Positions 39,101 to 53,057 are shown, counted from the stretch's first letter. The stretch: 64,000 bases of DNA from Eledone cirrhosa (GCA_964016885.1 OZ024741.1:197594001-197658000); one strand, 5' to 3'. Made by a program: numbers and translations. Notes: a model not told the origin generated them from the sequence alone.

Positions 39101-40117
39101 CTCACATACATTAATCTGGTAATACATTTGTTCGTGTAAATACGTTTATAATTTCAAATAGACCTTAAAAATTCTCTAAAAACCAAATAAAGTAGATCAA
39201 ACCCTCCAAATATGTTTGAGTATTAATCCGTCTCTGTCATAAAACAAACGAATATGATAAATAAAGAATATTTTACCTCAATAAAACCACGGTAGAGTGA
39301 TATAAAAACTCTGAGAACAGAACCTTCGACACAAAATCTAATCTCAGTTTAGCAGATTCAGTTAACGTATTAACCATGTATGCTTTTTTAGACGATAGTC
39401 TTGAGAAAGATGATCTTCTAAAGCTGATTTTTCTTAATCGTACTACTGTTACAGACGAAAGTTCCTGGACTTACTCAACATTTCTTTAATGAACTTTGCA
39501 AGATGATTCGTGTTATTTAAAGTATTACATTCCTCAAATTAGCATTTTATTTTAACTCGGCTTATAGCTATTCTTTCTTGGCTGGATTATAATTGATATA
39601 ATGCGGCAAATTTGCAGATTTGATTGGAGCGTTGGATAGGATGCCTCGCGCTATACGTTTCTGCTTTCTGCACTTTGAGTTGAAATCCTAACGAAGTAAA
39701 TTTTTCTCCATCCTTTAGAGGATCAAGAAATAAAATTTTAGACCAGTACTGCGATCGTTTAATCTCATTCCTTCCCTATGGATTGTACCAGTAATTCAAA
39801 TTTCCATCTTTGTCTAACTCGGATCCAGTATTAAGGATACACATGTCTGTAGAATACTCGGCCGCTTACACATTAATTTTTCTAGTGGAAATTTAATTGG
39901 TTAAACATTCAAATGCTCATCGCCGATAGCGACGGATAATCCACTACAGAAGTTATGATTGGCTTCATTATATTAATAATACATGTATTTATTTATCAAA
40001 GAGGTGTGAAAAACATAGTTGATCACAGCATTATTCGAAGCAAGAAAGACAATCTCTCAATCAATATAACTTAAAGTAGTAAATCGAAGTCTTATATAAA
40101 AAGAAAAAAAATATTGG

Positions 40118-40300
40118 TTTCTGATTTAGGCACAAGGCCAACAATTTTGTGGAAGAGGAACGTCGATTAAATCGATCCCAGTGTATTACTGGTACTTTAT
40201 TTCATCGACCCCGTAAGGATGAAAGGCAAAGTCAACCTCAACAGAATTTGAACTCAGATCGTAAAAGGCCATAACTATGCCATAAAGCATGTCCGACGCA
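40118..40300 (-). mobile_element. SINE family A variant
   Basis: ttaggcacaaggcc...aggatgaaaggcaaagtcaacctc...atttgaactcag. Confidence 0.85.
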
Positions 40301-40684
40301 AGAATTGATATCCAATATTAAGATAAGAAATAAATATGTTAATTGAATGATATGGCGAATATCAGATCAAGAAATAGCTGTGAAAGTGTCGAATCCTTGA
40401 AATGACTTTGCATTTGAATTGACATTATTGCATTTCATTTCAAATATATTATAAATGCATAATGATTCCATCGTCCAATTAACATCGACTATAAGCGTGG
40501 GGACATCTGCTTAAGGGAGCTTTTTGGCTAAATGGAACAGGTTGAGCAACATCGCCTAGATGTTACCTCCATGCTATAATTCTGTTTAGTTCGGTTCAGA
40601 TCTGTTTTTGATAAAAATAAATAAATATATAAATAATGGTTTCTTATATAGGCACAAGGCCATTTTTTTTTTGGGGGGGGGGCA

Positions 40685-41060
40685 TCTATATACACTGGAC
40701 AATCTGCCAACATTTCGAAGTAAAAACGGGCAAGAAGTGGTAGAAACAAGGTAATTACAACAACCTGGCGACAGTTATCTGGGATATGCCCATACAAACT
40801 GACAAAGAAATCAAAGCAACCCATCTATAATCAGGGACTGGAAAACAGATTCCGCATAGACACTGATAGATGTCACAATCACTTCTGACCAAAATATTAC
40901 CGAAAAGGAAGTGGAAAAACTGTCAGAATACAAGGATCTTGAAATTGGAATATACAAGATGTGGGACATGAAGGTAAAAATAGTGCCAATAATAATTGGA
41001 GCACCAGGTGTGATTAAACAAATATGAACATCCTACATCCTGCGCAAGACATTATCGAAC
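40685..41060 (+). mobile_element. Decayed R4/Dong-like RLE remnant
   Basis: YIHWTICQHF, WDMPIQTDKEIKA, LIDVTITSDQNITEKEVEKLSEYKDLEIGIYKMWDMKVKIVPIIIGAPG. Confidence 0.8.
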
Positions 41061-41124
41061 CAATCTTCACACACAATACATACCTTATACAATACGACTT
41101 TCCATAGTTATCTTCATCTAGGCC

Positions 41125-41643
41125 CTAAAACCACTATTGCAGAAACTAAAGATATTGAGGGACATCTCGTTAGAACTAGGATGCGGAAGAGTTGCACTGT
41201 ATAACGAATGACATCACAATAGTAGTGTTCGACACCTCTCTAAATGAGTAGGAGGTGGTGACAGGAGAAATAATTAACAAGTTCGGCATCTAAAGAGCGT
41301 CAAGAGACGGACGAATGGATCGATTAAATTGCTTGAGGCCTGGTTTGATCCATATCCCCAGGTGGTCAAGAACTGGGATCAGGTGACGATCCCAGTTCTT
41401 GCCCACCTGGGGATATGGATCAAACCAGGCCTCAAGCAATTTAATCGATCCATTCGTCCGTCTCTTGACGCTCTTTAGATGCCGAACTTGTTAATTATTT
41501 CTCCTGTCACCACCTCCTACTCATTTAGAGAGGTGTCGAACACTACTATTGTGATGTCATTCGTTATACAGTGCAACTCTTCCGCATCCTAGTTCTAAAG
41601 AGATGTCCCTCAATATCTATAGTTTCTGCAATAGTGGTTTTAG
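41125..41643. repeat. Fold-back inverted repeat: 256-bp arms, 7-nt loop, decayed Tx1 RT sequence
   Basis: 41125-41380 is the reverse complement of 41388-41643 with 3 mismatches. Arm aligns to Tx1 ~27845-28175. Confidence 0.95.
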
Positions 41644-42309
41644 CGTCAGTATATAAGAAAGAAACGAGACGGGTCAACCTTCACGGACCGAGCGCCTTAT
41701 ATGTAACGGTTCCGATAGGTGGCTATTTACCCAGACAACCAAGCAGATGTTGTTGTATATTGCAGTGATCCCTATGGAAACATCATGCCGAGGGAGTGCT
41801 GTTGTTGCTGCTCTCATTGTGTATCTTGTTGTTGTTGTTGCTGCTGCTGCTGCTGCTACTGCTGCTCTTATTGCTATTATTACTTCTATATATTGTAGTG
41901 GTGATGGTGGTGGAGGTAATGGTAAGAGATATGTGGAATAACTGAATTAACCAGAGGTGGGAAAGAGGAGTCGTATTCAACAGGAAAGTAGACGACTTCG
42001 TCATTCTTCTTTATGGACATATCCCCATCGTTAATAATGCCACTTATTTTTGGTGGTGGTGGTGATGATGGTGGTGATGGTGGTGATGGTGGTGGTGGTA
42101 GTGCTTTGTGTGGTTTGACAGACCACCGGCTGTCTGTTTCATAAGTTGTTGTTACTTCCGATTGAAAGAACAGATAGGTGGTGCACGGCTGGAAGGCTTT
42201 TGATCTTAGATTTGCTAAATCAGGGCTGAACTGAGTTGTGTGGCAACAATAAAATAAGCTGTGTTTGACTGTCTAACGCCATCCACATTACTATATATTA
42301 TTAATGATG

Positions 42310-42465
42310 CCATGCTTTGAAGCATAGAGTTACCTCCCTGTATGATCTGAGTTCAAATCCCGTCGAGGTTAACTTTGCCTTTCATCCTTCCGGGGTCGAT
42401 AGAATAAAGTACCAGTAATGCATTGGGTAATTGCTGGCCTTGTGCCAAAAGTAGAAACAATTATT
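42310..42465 (+). mobile_element. SINE family A
   Basis: ctgagttcaaatcccgtcgagg...ggccttgtgccaaaagtagaaacaattatt. Confidence 0.88.
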
Positions 42466-42486
42466 AATGATCTCTTTTCACTAAGT

Positions 42487-42683
42487 AGGCGGTGAATTGG
42501 CAGAGTAATTTAAGCGTTGGATAGAATGTTTTGCTGTATTCGTTCCGACTCTTTGCTCTCTCAGTTCCCATCCTGTCGAGGTGAGCTTAATCTTTCATGC
42601 TTTCAAGGTTGACAAAAAAGAATGTACCATTCCAGCAGTAAGGTCAGTTCTTCCTCTATATCTCTTTGTCACTTCCTCGCTAT

Positions 42684-42744
<61 letters not shown>

Positions 42745-42850
42745 TTTCTCGGGAAGTAATCGTTTTCAGACCTGGAGAGGGGTGGGTTCCGCCAGGTTCA
42801 AAATATCCCTGACACGCTATTTGTCACTACGGTGCTCCTATGATTCCATC
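42487..42850 (+). mobile_element. SINE-like family B
   Basis: aggcggtgaattggcagag head, (CT)n, then gacctggagaggggtgggttccgccaggtt. Confidence 0.65.
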
Positions 42851-43466
42851 GGTTCATTCATAGATACAGTTCACAAAGTACAAAACCAAATACTTCTAGA
42901 GAGAATTGATTTGCAAATGATCACATTCATGTCTTTCCAAATTCAATTGGAGAATAAGTGAAAGAACTAAACCGAGAATCTAAAAAGGCTTTGAAAAGCT
43001 GGGTCTAATTGGTTCAGTATGCAACGCAATGGGCTGGAATGAATACAGTTTTGTAGTCTCAACTTCCTTGTAAATTAGCTTTTCAGTAAAACATTTCCAG
43101 AGGATTGTAACGGTGTTTATTGACTCTGTGTAGATAGAAGGCAAAAATAGACTCTTACAAGATTTAAAATTAAAACATAGTGGTGAGTTAATCAGTCTTG
43201 AATTTCTGACTAACCAATCAACTATGCATATTTTATTTCGGAGATATTTTTCTCAAAGGATCGACTAATAAGAAATAATTATCACTTAAGGCATCAGACA
43301 ATACATCATAAAATAGGAACTAAAGCCAGTCTTAGCAAATTATACGTAAAGTAACAGCGATCAGTTAACTTACTCCTTAAATTTCAAATCGAACCACCAA
43401 TGGCATTTTTAATGACAATAACTTTGTCATTTACCAAAATACAAACTCTTTACCACCACCACCACC

Positions 43467-43498
<32 letters not shown>

Positions 43499-43503
43499 CG
43501 ACA

Positions 43504-43534
<31 letters not shown>

Positions 43535-44454
43535 CGACAATATTCATTTAATGTAGTTTCATTAATTTAGTTGTTTCGACGTATTTTCTTGTCGTAAATA
43601 TCATTTTACCGCTTGACAACCTATTTATACGTAATTAGATTTTTTCAATAATACTTGAATTTTCCCCATCTACAAGCTAGACAATATTGGCATATTCTTA
43701 TTAATACTACAGATGTACTTTGTCCGCTATATTAAAGAAACACGGATGCTTTTAATATTAATGGAGTTATGTTAGAAATTGGTGATATGAATTGCCGGCT
43801 GTTATGACCAAAATTCTTTTGTAACCGAGAAATCTCTTTTATATTTCATCCATTATTTTCTCACTGCCAAATTGAAGTGTCGATAAATGCTTACATGTAC
43901 ATGCATATATTTTTAGATCTACTTTCAAAACAGTTCTACTCGCAACGCGTTTTAGGTTCTAGAATAATACATAGGCGTGTTTCTATATACTTCAATAACA
44001 TTTTCATCTATCCGCCACAATAGACAACATCATTGACGACCTCACTCATAGATAGTATCTAAAGCTATTAAAGCAGACCCCCCCCCCCAAAAAAAAAACA
44101 ACTTTAATAACCAATAACTTTGTCACGGATTATTGAAACAGAAATGAATAAGAATTCTGAATGCGTGATTATCCAGTCGAGACACAAAAAGTAACATCAC
44201 AGTATTGCTTTTTCATATAATTTCGGGTATCACATTTGAAACACGATTCAGGTATTACTACAATATTTGGATGTTCCTTTCTGAAGAAAAGATACTTCCT
44301 AGAATATATTTCGCTAATTTCAAATGCCACGTGACTACTTTACGCTAAAATAGAGTTCTGACAGTTTCTACAGCCCTTAACCCTTTTGCTACCAAACCGC
44401 CTTAAACAGACCCTGGTTCTATAATACTAAGCTGCTAATTTTAAAATGTTTATT

Positions 44455-44660
44455 CTTTCATCCTTTTGAGGTCAATAAAAAAAGTATTACTCCACTACTG
44501 GGGTTGATTCTTCGTCTGCATCTCTTTTTCTCTTTCTTTTTGTCTATCCTTCCCTGGAAGAAATCTTATGTACTCTGGCCTGGAGAGGGGATGGGCTCCG
44601 CCAGGTTTTAAAGCTCCCTGAGAAACTCCGTATGTCAATATGGCACCCCTACAACTTAAT
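44455..44660 (+). mobile_element. SINE-like family B, 5'-truncated
   Basis: ctttcatccttttgaggtcaataaaa, CT-rich tract, cctggagaggggatgggctccgccagg. Confidence 0.6.
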
Positions 44661-44717
44661 CAGGAATTACAGATCCGTACCATAACACTCTTGAATTAAA
44701 ACCTTTCATCATTATCG

Positions 44718-44901
44718 ATTGGCAGTACCGGTAGAGGGTCAAACGCAATGCTTTGACGCATAGAGTTACGGCGCTTTCCATTCTGAGTTCAAATCCCGCC
44801 GAGGTTAACTTTGACTTTCATCCTTACGGAGTCGATAAAATAAAGTACCAGTAATGCACTGGGTAATTGCTGGCCTTGTGCCAAAAGTACAAACAATTAT
44901 C
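44718..44901 (+). mobile_element. SINE family A, near full length
   Basis: attggcagtaccggtagagggtc...gagttcaaatcccgccgagg...aaacaattat. Confidence 0.9.
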
Positions 44902-45139
44902 ATGTATTAGAAATTTTTCTTAAGTAATCTTATAAATATCAGCATCCTGTTTAGTTATTTTCAAAATGGATTGAAACAGAGAGTGTATTTCATTAGAAAT
45001 TGTAGTAGTAGTAGAGGTGGTGGTGGTAGTGGTGATGGTGGTGGTGGTTGTGGTAGTATATTTCATATTTGTGTTCATGTAAGGCTTCTAAGCTTAACTG
45101 AAGTTGACTGATATAAGCTCGTTTTAGTGGAAAAACAAA

Positions 45140-45625
45140 ATATATATTTCCGTTTTGCGTTGTGAAAACAGCATCGAGATACTTGAACTTTACCTCTTTC
45201 AGTGGAACCACTCACATATAGAATGCACTGCGCAGGCTTCCTTGGGAGGATGAGTGTCTCAGTCTTCGCAGCACCACCTCCACTATAACTACTTCTTTAA
45301 TGTGTCCCTAGAGATTCATTAAAATGTTCTCTTGCAACTACGTGATTTCGGATACGGTCTCATTGCGTCTCACTTTTTTTTCTATCATAGCATTAAATCT
45401 ACCCAAGACTTTTGAGTGAAATTTATTAGACAAAAACTGTGTATGCCATCAGGACCGTTCAAATTTTTAGTGTTTCCTAGCTTAACACTAGTGGACTCTG
45501 GGGTGTCTTTAGCTGAATCCACTCTGTTGTAAGCATTCAGGCCAGGTCACCAGTCGGTGAATAACTTTCTTCTTTTTTAATACTAGCCATGGAGGCTCCG
45601 AAAATGTTATTGGCAATCACTTCCT
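45140..45625 (-). mobile_element. Decayed LINE remnants (RTE-like 45140-45285; R4-like 45410-45625)
   Basis: Minus-strand KTETLILP..C.L.V / LKEVKFKYL.AVFT, and KLGNTKNLNGPDGIHSF. Confidence 0.5.
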
Positions 45626-46042
45626 TCCTCTGACTAAGTTATTAAATAAAACTGAATGAGATTGAAATGTCATCTATTAATTTAAATTATAAATGAAAAA
45701 GATTTTGATGTCTAATTTTCAGTATATCTTGGATTGTTTAACATAAGAAATAAATTGCCGTCTTGATACATTTGATTTATAATACTGCCTTAAGATATGG
45801 ACAGATTTGTTTAATTATTTCAATGAATGTTCGTATATTTCTGACAGGTGTTCTTTGCTTTTCGCTATTCTTTGCCGACTTCTTTTCGTTTTCAGATATC
45901 TGCGTTATCAACAGAAATGCACACGTAAAAACTAAACGTGGATGCAAGCACACATTACAGACACGCGTGTTACTATTTTATAATTGTGCGGACTAACATG
46001 CTTAATGCACTGAGCCACACAGAATATTTAATCAATTGAATT

Positions 46043-46175
46043 AGGTGGTGAATTGTCAGAGGCGTTAGAGCGTCGGACAAAATGCCTGTATATATTTTGG
46101 CGTTTTTTGTTTTGTCGTCAAATTCTGCCGAGGTCAACTTTGCCTTTCATCCTCTGGTGTCGATAAATAAATTAA
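46043..46175 (+). mobile_element. Diverged SINE (A-like head)
   Basis: aggtggtgaattgtcagaggcgttagagcgtcggac...gccgaggtcaactttgcctttcatcc. Confidence 0.7.
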
Positions 46176-46626
46176 CAAGTCGACTTCCAGAATCGTTAGA
46201 GCATCGGACGTGATGCATTGCAGCATTAGTTGAGGATCTTTGCGTCCTATATTCAAATTGTCTACTTGAGGGGTAGACGTAATCCATCACCCAGTTCTAA
46301 CACCACCACTTGGCCCATAGGGGTTCTTTGATAGAGTTCATTATGTTGCAAGTGTTCGGGCCAAGTCTCTGGTTTGAAGATAATGTTCTTTCCTCTATTT
46401 GAACAAGATTAAAGTTTCAGGAAGTAAAGATTGCAAAGCAAACTGTTTTACTATTTGGCCATGCTGCATCCACAATAGATTCCATAATGCTGCGTTGATT
46501 TCAAAGACGTATGACGGGATATAAACTGTTGACATATCGACCAGCATGCTAGAACTCGATCGATTTGGCCGACTTTATATCTCTAGGCAGAATATTTTTT
46601 AATCGATCTTATGTAGGCAATGGAAA

Positions 46627-46995
46627 TAGGCGACAAATTAGTAGAGTCATCTGATAAGATGCTTTGTGGTATTCGTTCCGGCTCCCTCCGCTCTGAGTTC
46701 AAAACTGAAGTCAACTTTGACTTTCATATTTTCGAGGTCAATAAAAAAATACTTGTTTAGTACTAAAGTTGATTCTTCTCTTTCTCTCTCATTCTCTTTC
46801 TTACTCACTCATTCTCTTTCTCACCCTCTCGTTCTCTTTCTTACTCTCTCTGTCTCTCTTTCTCTCTTTCTCTCTCTCTCTCTCTTTCTCTGGAAGAAAC
46901 TAGCTGTTTCTTGACATGGAAAGGGTAGGGTTCCGCCAGGATTTAAATGCTCAAGACACGCTGTATGGCAATACGGCATCCCTACGGTTCCATTA
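46627..46995 (+). mobile_element. SINE-like family B
   Basis: tRNA-like head with gagttcaaa, CT tract, agggttccgccagg...gacacgctgtatggcaatacggcatccctac. Confidence 0.65.
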
Positions 46996-48716
46996 GGAGT
47001 CACGGAGAGATGTTGGAAAAGATACAATTTCACATTGATGTTGGTATCAATAAGAGTTCGCTTTTGCTGAGAATCGAAACCATCTCTCAAGCTCACTACA
47101 ATTTATTCTAATTGAAGTCTATTTTCTTTGCTCCTCCTTTCTCGACATTATTTCCGTCCATTTTACACCTTTATACAATATAAATAATGGAAAACTGATT
47201 TCATTCAGATTCTAATTATATTTTCTTTTCAATGAATAGCGATTTATTGATAAGATTAATAACGGGTTTTATGGAGAGAGGAAAGAAGAACGTTTACCCT
47301 TCATTTTAATTTTATATGTTTTTAACTTCATTCAGCAATCGATAATGTTCTTGAATATTAATTTCATTTAATAAAGTTGATTAACACATATTTCTGTCTG
47401 TCTGGCTGTCTGTTTCTCCCTCACCCTCTCCTCTTCTCTCTACTTCACTATCACTCTGTTACAGTATAAAATTCAATACAATTTTTCTCTTTCTTTCTCC
47501 TATCTTTCACACATTCTCACGGATGTACTCTTTCTGTCAAGCATTCTCACGGGTGTACTCTTTCTTTCAAGCATATAATCATATATACTCATATTATCTT
47601 TCTCTCTCGTCCCATCATTCTCTATTTTTCTTGTTAACTTTATACGTTGTTTTTTTAGTTCCAGATCAGCCTGGTTAAACAAACTTATGGCTTCAGGCGT
47701 TCTGGAGATGATCATACCATCCTTGTTTAGCTATAGTGTATCCAGAACTACGTTATCCAATATTTTCTTTTTTTTAAGACTGCATGTGATATATGTTGCT
47801 GTTGTCGCTGATTTTCACTATTATACACTGTTGAAGGTATCACGTGAGGATTGAACTATTAATAATGCTGCTGCCTATTTCATTCAAAAATAAAGATCTC
47901 AATTCGTCGCTGCAAGCTAGTAAAAACAATACAGTGCTGCAGCAGTGAGCTCTATTTGCGCAGCGCAGAACAGGGCATCTGTATGTAGCTATGTGAACTG
48001 GATTAGCAAGTGATTTATGAGTAGTAGTATGGAAGTTCAGATAAACAATTGATATTTAAGAAAGTATTTGAAGAAAGAGATTTTGTCCCCGAACTAATTA
48101 GGTTATTTTGAAACTCATGAGGGTAACAGTGAGGTATTGGGGATGATGTTAAGTTAATATTGCATCGAGTTAGATGCGTTGTTGTTCTATTTATGGCCCC
48201 ATATCTGAACTAATCAAGCTGCTTTTTCACATCTGACTACTAAACCGAACGATGCATTGCAATCCAGAAATCTAAACCTTCAAATATCATATACCATTAT
48301 CTACTGCACATTCTGTCATCTGATCGTTCAAAGAATGTGAAACAGAGTTTTATTGTTGTTATACTGTACACTCTCCATTAGCTAGTCTGTTTCTATTTCT
48401 CTGTCTATTCTGTTGTTGGCCATAACATGAGTGCCATAGTAAGCCAATTCAGAAAGTGAGAGCTGATGTTCTTCTGTAATTATTAATATTGTTGTGCAGC
48501 CCAGCATAGTGTTTGAGATTAACGGTGCTATTGACACGATTTAGTGTGTATTTTAGTGTACATTTGCTCGTTATGTCTGTCTGCATTTAGTGAAAGAGAC
48601 AGTGCTCTTATGGGGCTGATATTTGGGTTAAACAGACACATGTAATGAAAAAAAGAAAGTGGAACTATTTCTCTGGGCGTAAGAAATATGGTGTTTAAAG
48701 CTTTAGTGATTAAGCC

Positions 48717-48930
48717 TGTGGAGCGGTGGATTGGCAGAATCGTTAGAATATTGGACAAAATGCTTTACGGTATTTGTTACGAGTCTTTATGTTCTGAGTT
48801 CAAATCCTGTCGAGGTCTAATTTGCCTCTCTTTCCCCCACGGGTTAAAATAAAGTACCAGTTAAGTACTGGAGTCAATATAATCGATATTCCCGTGACCT
48901 TCAAATTTAAGGCATTGCGTCTAAATTGTG
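48717..48930 (+). mobile_element. Diverged SINE family A-like
   Basis: gcggtggattggcagaatcgttag...ctgagttcaaatcc...aaaataaagtaccag. Confidence 0.75.
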
Positions 48931-51694
48931 AGCTTGATCATTTAAAATAACCAAAATTTTGCTATTCTCTTTGTCAATTTGACAGCTAGGGGAGGAAATA
49001 GCACGAAATAGCACGTGGAGTACATTACAGTTTGAAGATGGGGAAAAGTAAAGAAGTATGGTTGCTATTCCTTGTTCACAGACAACGACTGAGTTGACTG
49101 GAAAGGGAAGAAAGGAGTACCATCAGTTCATGGAGAATGGCTAGTAGTAAAGCTTCAAATTCACATATTCCATACGAAGAAAAATCGATAGTCTGGGATA
49201 CAGTCTGAGATAAATCTATTTTCCTTATTGTTAGTCACATACACACACACACACACGCACACACACACATACACACATATATATATATATATTTAGATTT
49301 GGGCTTTTTAATTCTCTCTATATAAGTATTCGTTCAGAGAGAGGGATTATGTGAACGTGAGATTGGGAGAGCCAGAGAGAGGTGAGGGAGATAGAGGGAG
49401 AAAGTAGCAAAGATTGACAGAGAGAAAGGAAAGAAGATTCGAACTGATTGAAGAGATTTTCATTAATAATGTTCTCAATCGATGTGAAGATTAGTTAATG
49501 AACAGACAAGATTTTGAACAGATGATTACTCTGGTAAGTTCGGGAGTTAATTTCCGCGAGTTGTATATTTTCGCAAATAATCTGCTTGCCTATTTGACAT
49601 CGGTATGTATTGGAATGTCTGTCAGTTTACTAGTTGAAAGAACGATGGTGTACACTGTGCTGGAAGGTCTGTCAATTTACTGGTTGGAACGACTAGAAAA
49701 TATAGCATGTTGTATGCACCCCAGAGCGTTGTGTTGTGAAGGCAACATATAATAACTAAACTAAGTGATAGTTAAATATTCGGATAAGTCAAAGAAAAAA
49801 CCTCGTCATGAATATTGTGATGATGCTTATTTTTATTAATTTTGAAGCCGTTTAAATGGTCTTGAAACTGTTTCTAATACTTTTTTTCTTGCTAAGGTAA
49901 AAGTGAGAAAAATAAAAAAAGACAGTCAATTACTTATAATTCTAAAAAGCACAAAGTTTTCTATCATTTGTTATGAGATTATCGACATTGAGTCACAATA
50001 TCGTCACGATCTACAACTAGCTTTAATGATTAAAATCGATTTTTGTTGTATAAGATGTCTTTTAATAAAATTTACAAAACATTATTATGTGCTTTTTTTT
50101 AATGGATAAATCCTTTCTCTAAAAAGGATTTTTGTTTCATTTAATGTCTTTTTAAGTTTAGGGTGGAGGAGATTGTTCGAAAATCATATTAAATTTTCTC
50201 GACAAAAAAGTTTGTGAACCACTAGTGTAGAATAGAAATAGGCTCCAAATTAGTAAATTCAATTCGTGCTTCTTTATTTGTAATCTCAGTTATAGCAACT
50301 AATACCCTCAAGTTATAACCACGGTGTTAGCATTTACTACATGATATCATATCTAGTTAGCGACAACTTTGAAAACAAACCTCGAATCACTCCATGATAT
50401 TACAATGTAGTTTACTTATAGGGGCTACTGTCGAATAGGAGATACAAACAGAATAGCAAGAGAAAGAGTATTGATAATAATTTCTTCCTCTGATACAATA
50501 CATTATGTTTTGTCTTTGGCACAAACCCACAATCTTTTTTGTGTGTGTGTGTGGGGGGGGGGGGCTAATAGACTGTTATTTAAGCTTTTGACCCTCTAGA
50601 GATTAAAAATAAATCGAAGTCAGTGTGGTTTGAACACAAAACGCACAACGCATTTATTATGTCACTCATCTCCTCTCTTAGATACAAAGAAATAATAGTT
50701 TTATAACGCTTTAAGTATCTGTTAAGTATCTGTCTTGTTGATTCTGCAATGCTACGATATTTAGAATCGAATGATTGAATATATAGTTTCTAGCTTTCTC
50801 ATCTTCAAAAGATTTACAAATATATGCAAAAATAAGAATATAAGATATGCTAAACCATCAAAATCTAAGTATAATAAAACAAATACGTAAAATATATCTA
50901 GATAGCGATTATAATAACAATGGCTGCAATGATTTTAGAATCTCCCAACTCAATCGTCCTTTTTGTTCTTCTACATTCGATTCACAGTTTTCATTCATAT
51001 ATTTATTAGGTTTGTATACTTTGCCTCGAAAAACAAGCTCTGATAATTTCATTCATATATCTTGCAATTTCTATCTTCTGTTATTTGACTATGATTATAT
51101 ACACACACACAGTCCTATTCAGTATGACATCATTTCTAGCTTGCGATTTTGTAGCTGTTTCCGAGCAGCGTCAAGGAATTACAAATGAACTAATATATCT
51201 TAAAATGCAACATCAAGGAAATAAATCTATCCAAAGTTTACAAACCAGATCTTTCCCAAGGTTCTCGCTTTGAATACCGACACATATAAAGATTCTGACG
51301 TCACATGGATTATCTAAGCTGACTGAACTAATAGATAACTCGGAGTAATACGATCGATATATGAATTGAGTGAAATAATATATATATATATATATATATA
51401 TTCATAAGGTATTATGTAGAATTTTATATTTCTTTGATATTAGTTTTATATTTATACATATTACATATAAATGTAATATGTATAAATATAAAACTAATAT
51501 CAAAGAAATATAAAATTCTACATAATACCTTAGTAAGGTTGTAGACAGGGAATAGTTTACAATGTAAAGTTTCTACATTATTCTCTATATGGCACACAAT
51601 TACATTGTTGCAGCATTTAAAAGCAAGTAAAAAAAAAATAAACATGTGGTGAGACAAAGTTGATCTTCATACATAGAAACCAGTACGATGCCTT

Positions 51695-51890
51695 GTATTG
51701 ACAGAATCGTGGGAGTATTTACAAAAATGCCTTGCAGTATTTAGTTGTTTTTTTCTTTACGATCTGAGTTCAAATCCTACGCAGACGAATTTGCCTTTTA
51801 TACTTCTGGTGCCAATAAAATAATTACTGCTATCGATTTAGGTGATTGTTCCTTTCCACAAAATGTGTGAACGTATGAATGTTAGAAATC
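51695..51890 (+). mobile_element. Diverged SINE family A-like
   Basis: attgacagaatcg...gatctgagttcaaatcc. Confidence 0.6.
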
Positions 51891-52284
51891 ATATAAAGGA
51901 ACTATCAAATAAAGTAACATCATTTCAGCTATGTAGTTGAGCAAATATGTCAAAATGGCAATCGCTCTCAAACAAAGTTTTCCGTCTTTGTATTACCAGA
52001 AACTATTCGGTCATGTTACGACCAGCCATGACTGCAACCAAACAAACAATATATAAATTAAGTATTCTATGATATATAACTGCCATTCTCTCTTCTGTTT
52101 AATTATCTTCATCAATTGAAATGGTGCATTCACCTTCGATTTCCTATTCAACCTCTTTAAACAACTAGGATTTGATTCCCTGTTAGCTCCTTTCATTTAT
52201 TTCACTAAATATCTCAATAAATCAAATACGTCACAATCTTGTGTCCATCGTCTATAAACCTCACGCTTTATAAGTATATTAGAA

Positions 52285-52338
52285 GTTAATATTAGTCAAT
52301 ATTTAACAAGTTCTTGTTAAATATTGACTAATATTAAC
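52285..52338. repeat. Perfect 26-bp-arm palindrome, 2-nt loop
   Basis: gttaatattagtcaatatttaacaag tt cttgttaaatattgactaatattaac. Confidence 0.95.
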
Positions 52339-52540
52339 GGGTGGATAGACAGAACTGGTAGAGAGCATCGAATAAAATTCCATTGCGGCATTCGTTTTGG
52401 CTCTTTACATTCTGAGTTCAAATCCCGCCGAGGTCAACTTTGTCTTTCATTCCTCCTGGGTTAATAAAGTCAACTGGTACTTGATTGAATTAACTTTGCC
52501 TTTCCCCCGAATTCCTCATTTTGTACCTAAATTAGTTAAT
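52339..52540 (+). mobile_element. Diverged SINE family A-like
   Basis: gggtggatagacagaactggtagagagcatcg...ctgagttcaaatcccgccgagg. Confidence 0.8.
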
Positions 52541-52576
52541 ATTTATCATTTACATATTGCTTTTGTGGATCTTTGA

Positions 52577-52810
52577 AGTTACGTTGCTAGATAGTGCTCG
52601 ATAGTGCGTAGTTCGGAGATCAGAGAGTCACTCCAGGTAGATCCGCTACTTCTCCGAATTGAGAGATCACAGCTCCAGTAATATGGGCATGTGGTTAGAT
52701 TATCTTAGGAAAGAATTGCTTGACAGATTTTATGGGCGAAATCATCCGGCAGGAGAACCAGGGATATATTCTGAGCAAGATGGTTGGATAACATCCATGA
52801 GCTTGGCTGG
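52577..52810 (+). mobile_element. RTE-clade remnant (same family as 33500-33890)
   Basis: gagatcagagagtcactccaggtagatccgctac...ggataacatccatgagcttggctgg shared with 33688-33816. Confidence 0.75.
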
Positions 52811-52822
52811 TAATAGGTAAAA

Positions 52823-52992
52823 CCTTGTAAAATTTGATTTGATTTGATTTGGTTCAGTCGTTTGAGATTGCATAGGAACAGACAGACAGACTAAGAATTT
52901 TATATATAAAGAGACTAGCAGGAAACCGCCCACCGGGTGGTTTTCTGCTAGTATATATATATATTACACACACAGAAATGTATATATATTTC

Positions 52993-53057
<65 letters not shown>

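Noticed and set aside
44377-44450. TTAA-CCCTTT piggyBac-like terminus
   Set aside because: No matching opposite end found in the window.
47880-48030. Possible enhancer (TGATTTATGA Hox/Pbx-like site); also an octamer ATTTGCAT near 61135
   Set aside because: Short motifs are expected by chance in AT-rich DNA, and no conservation data are available.
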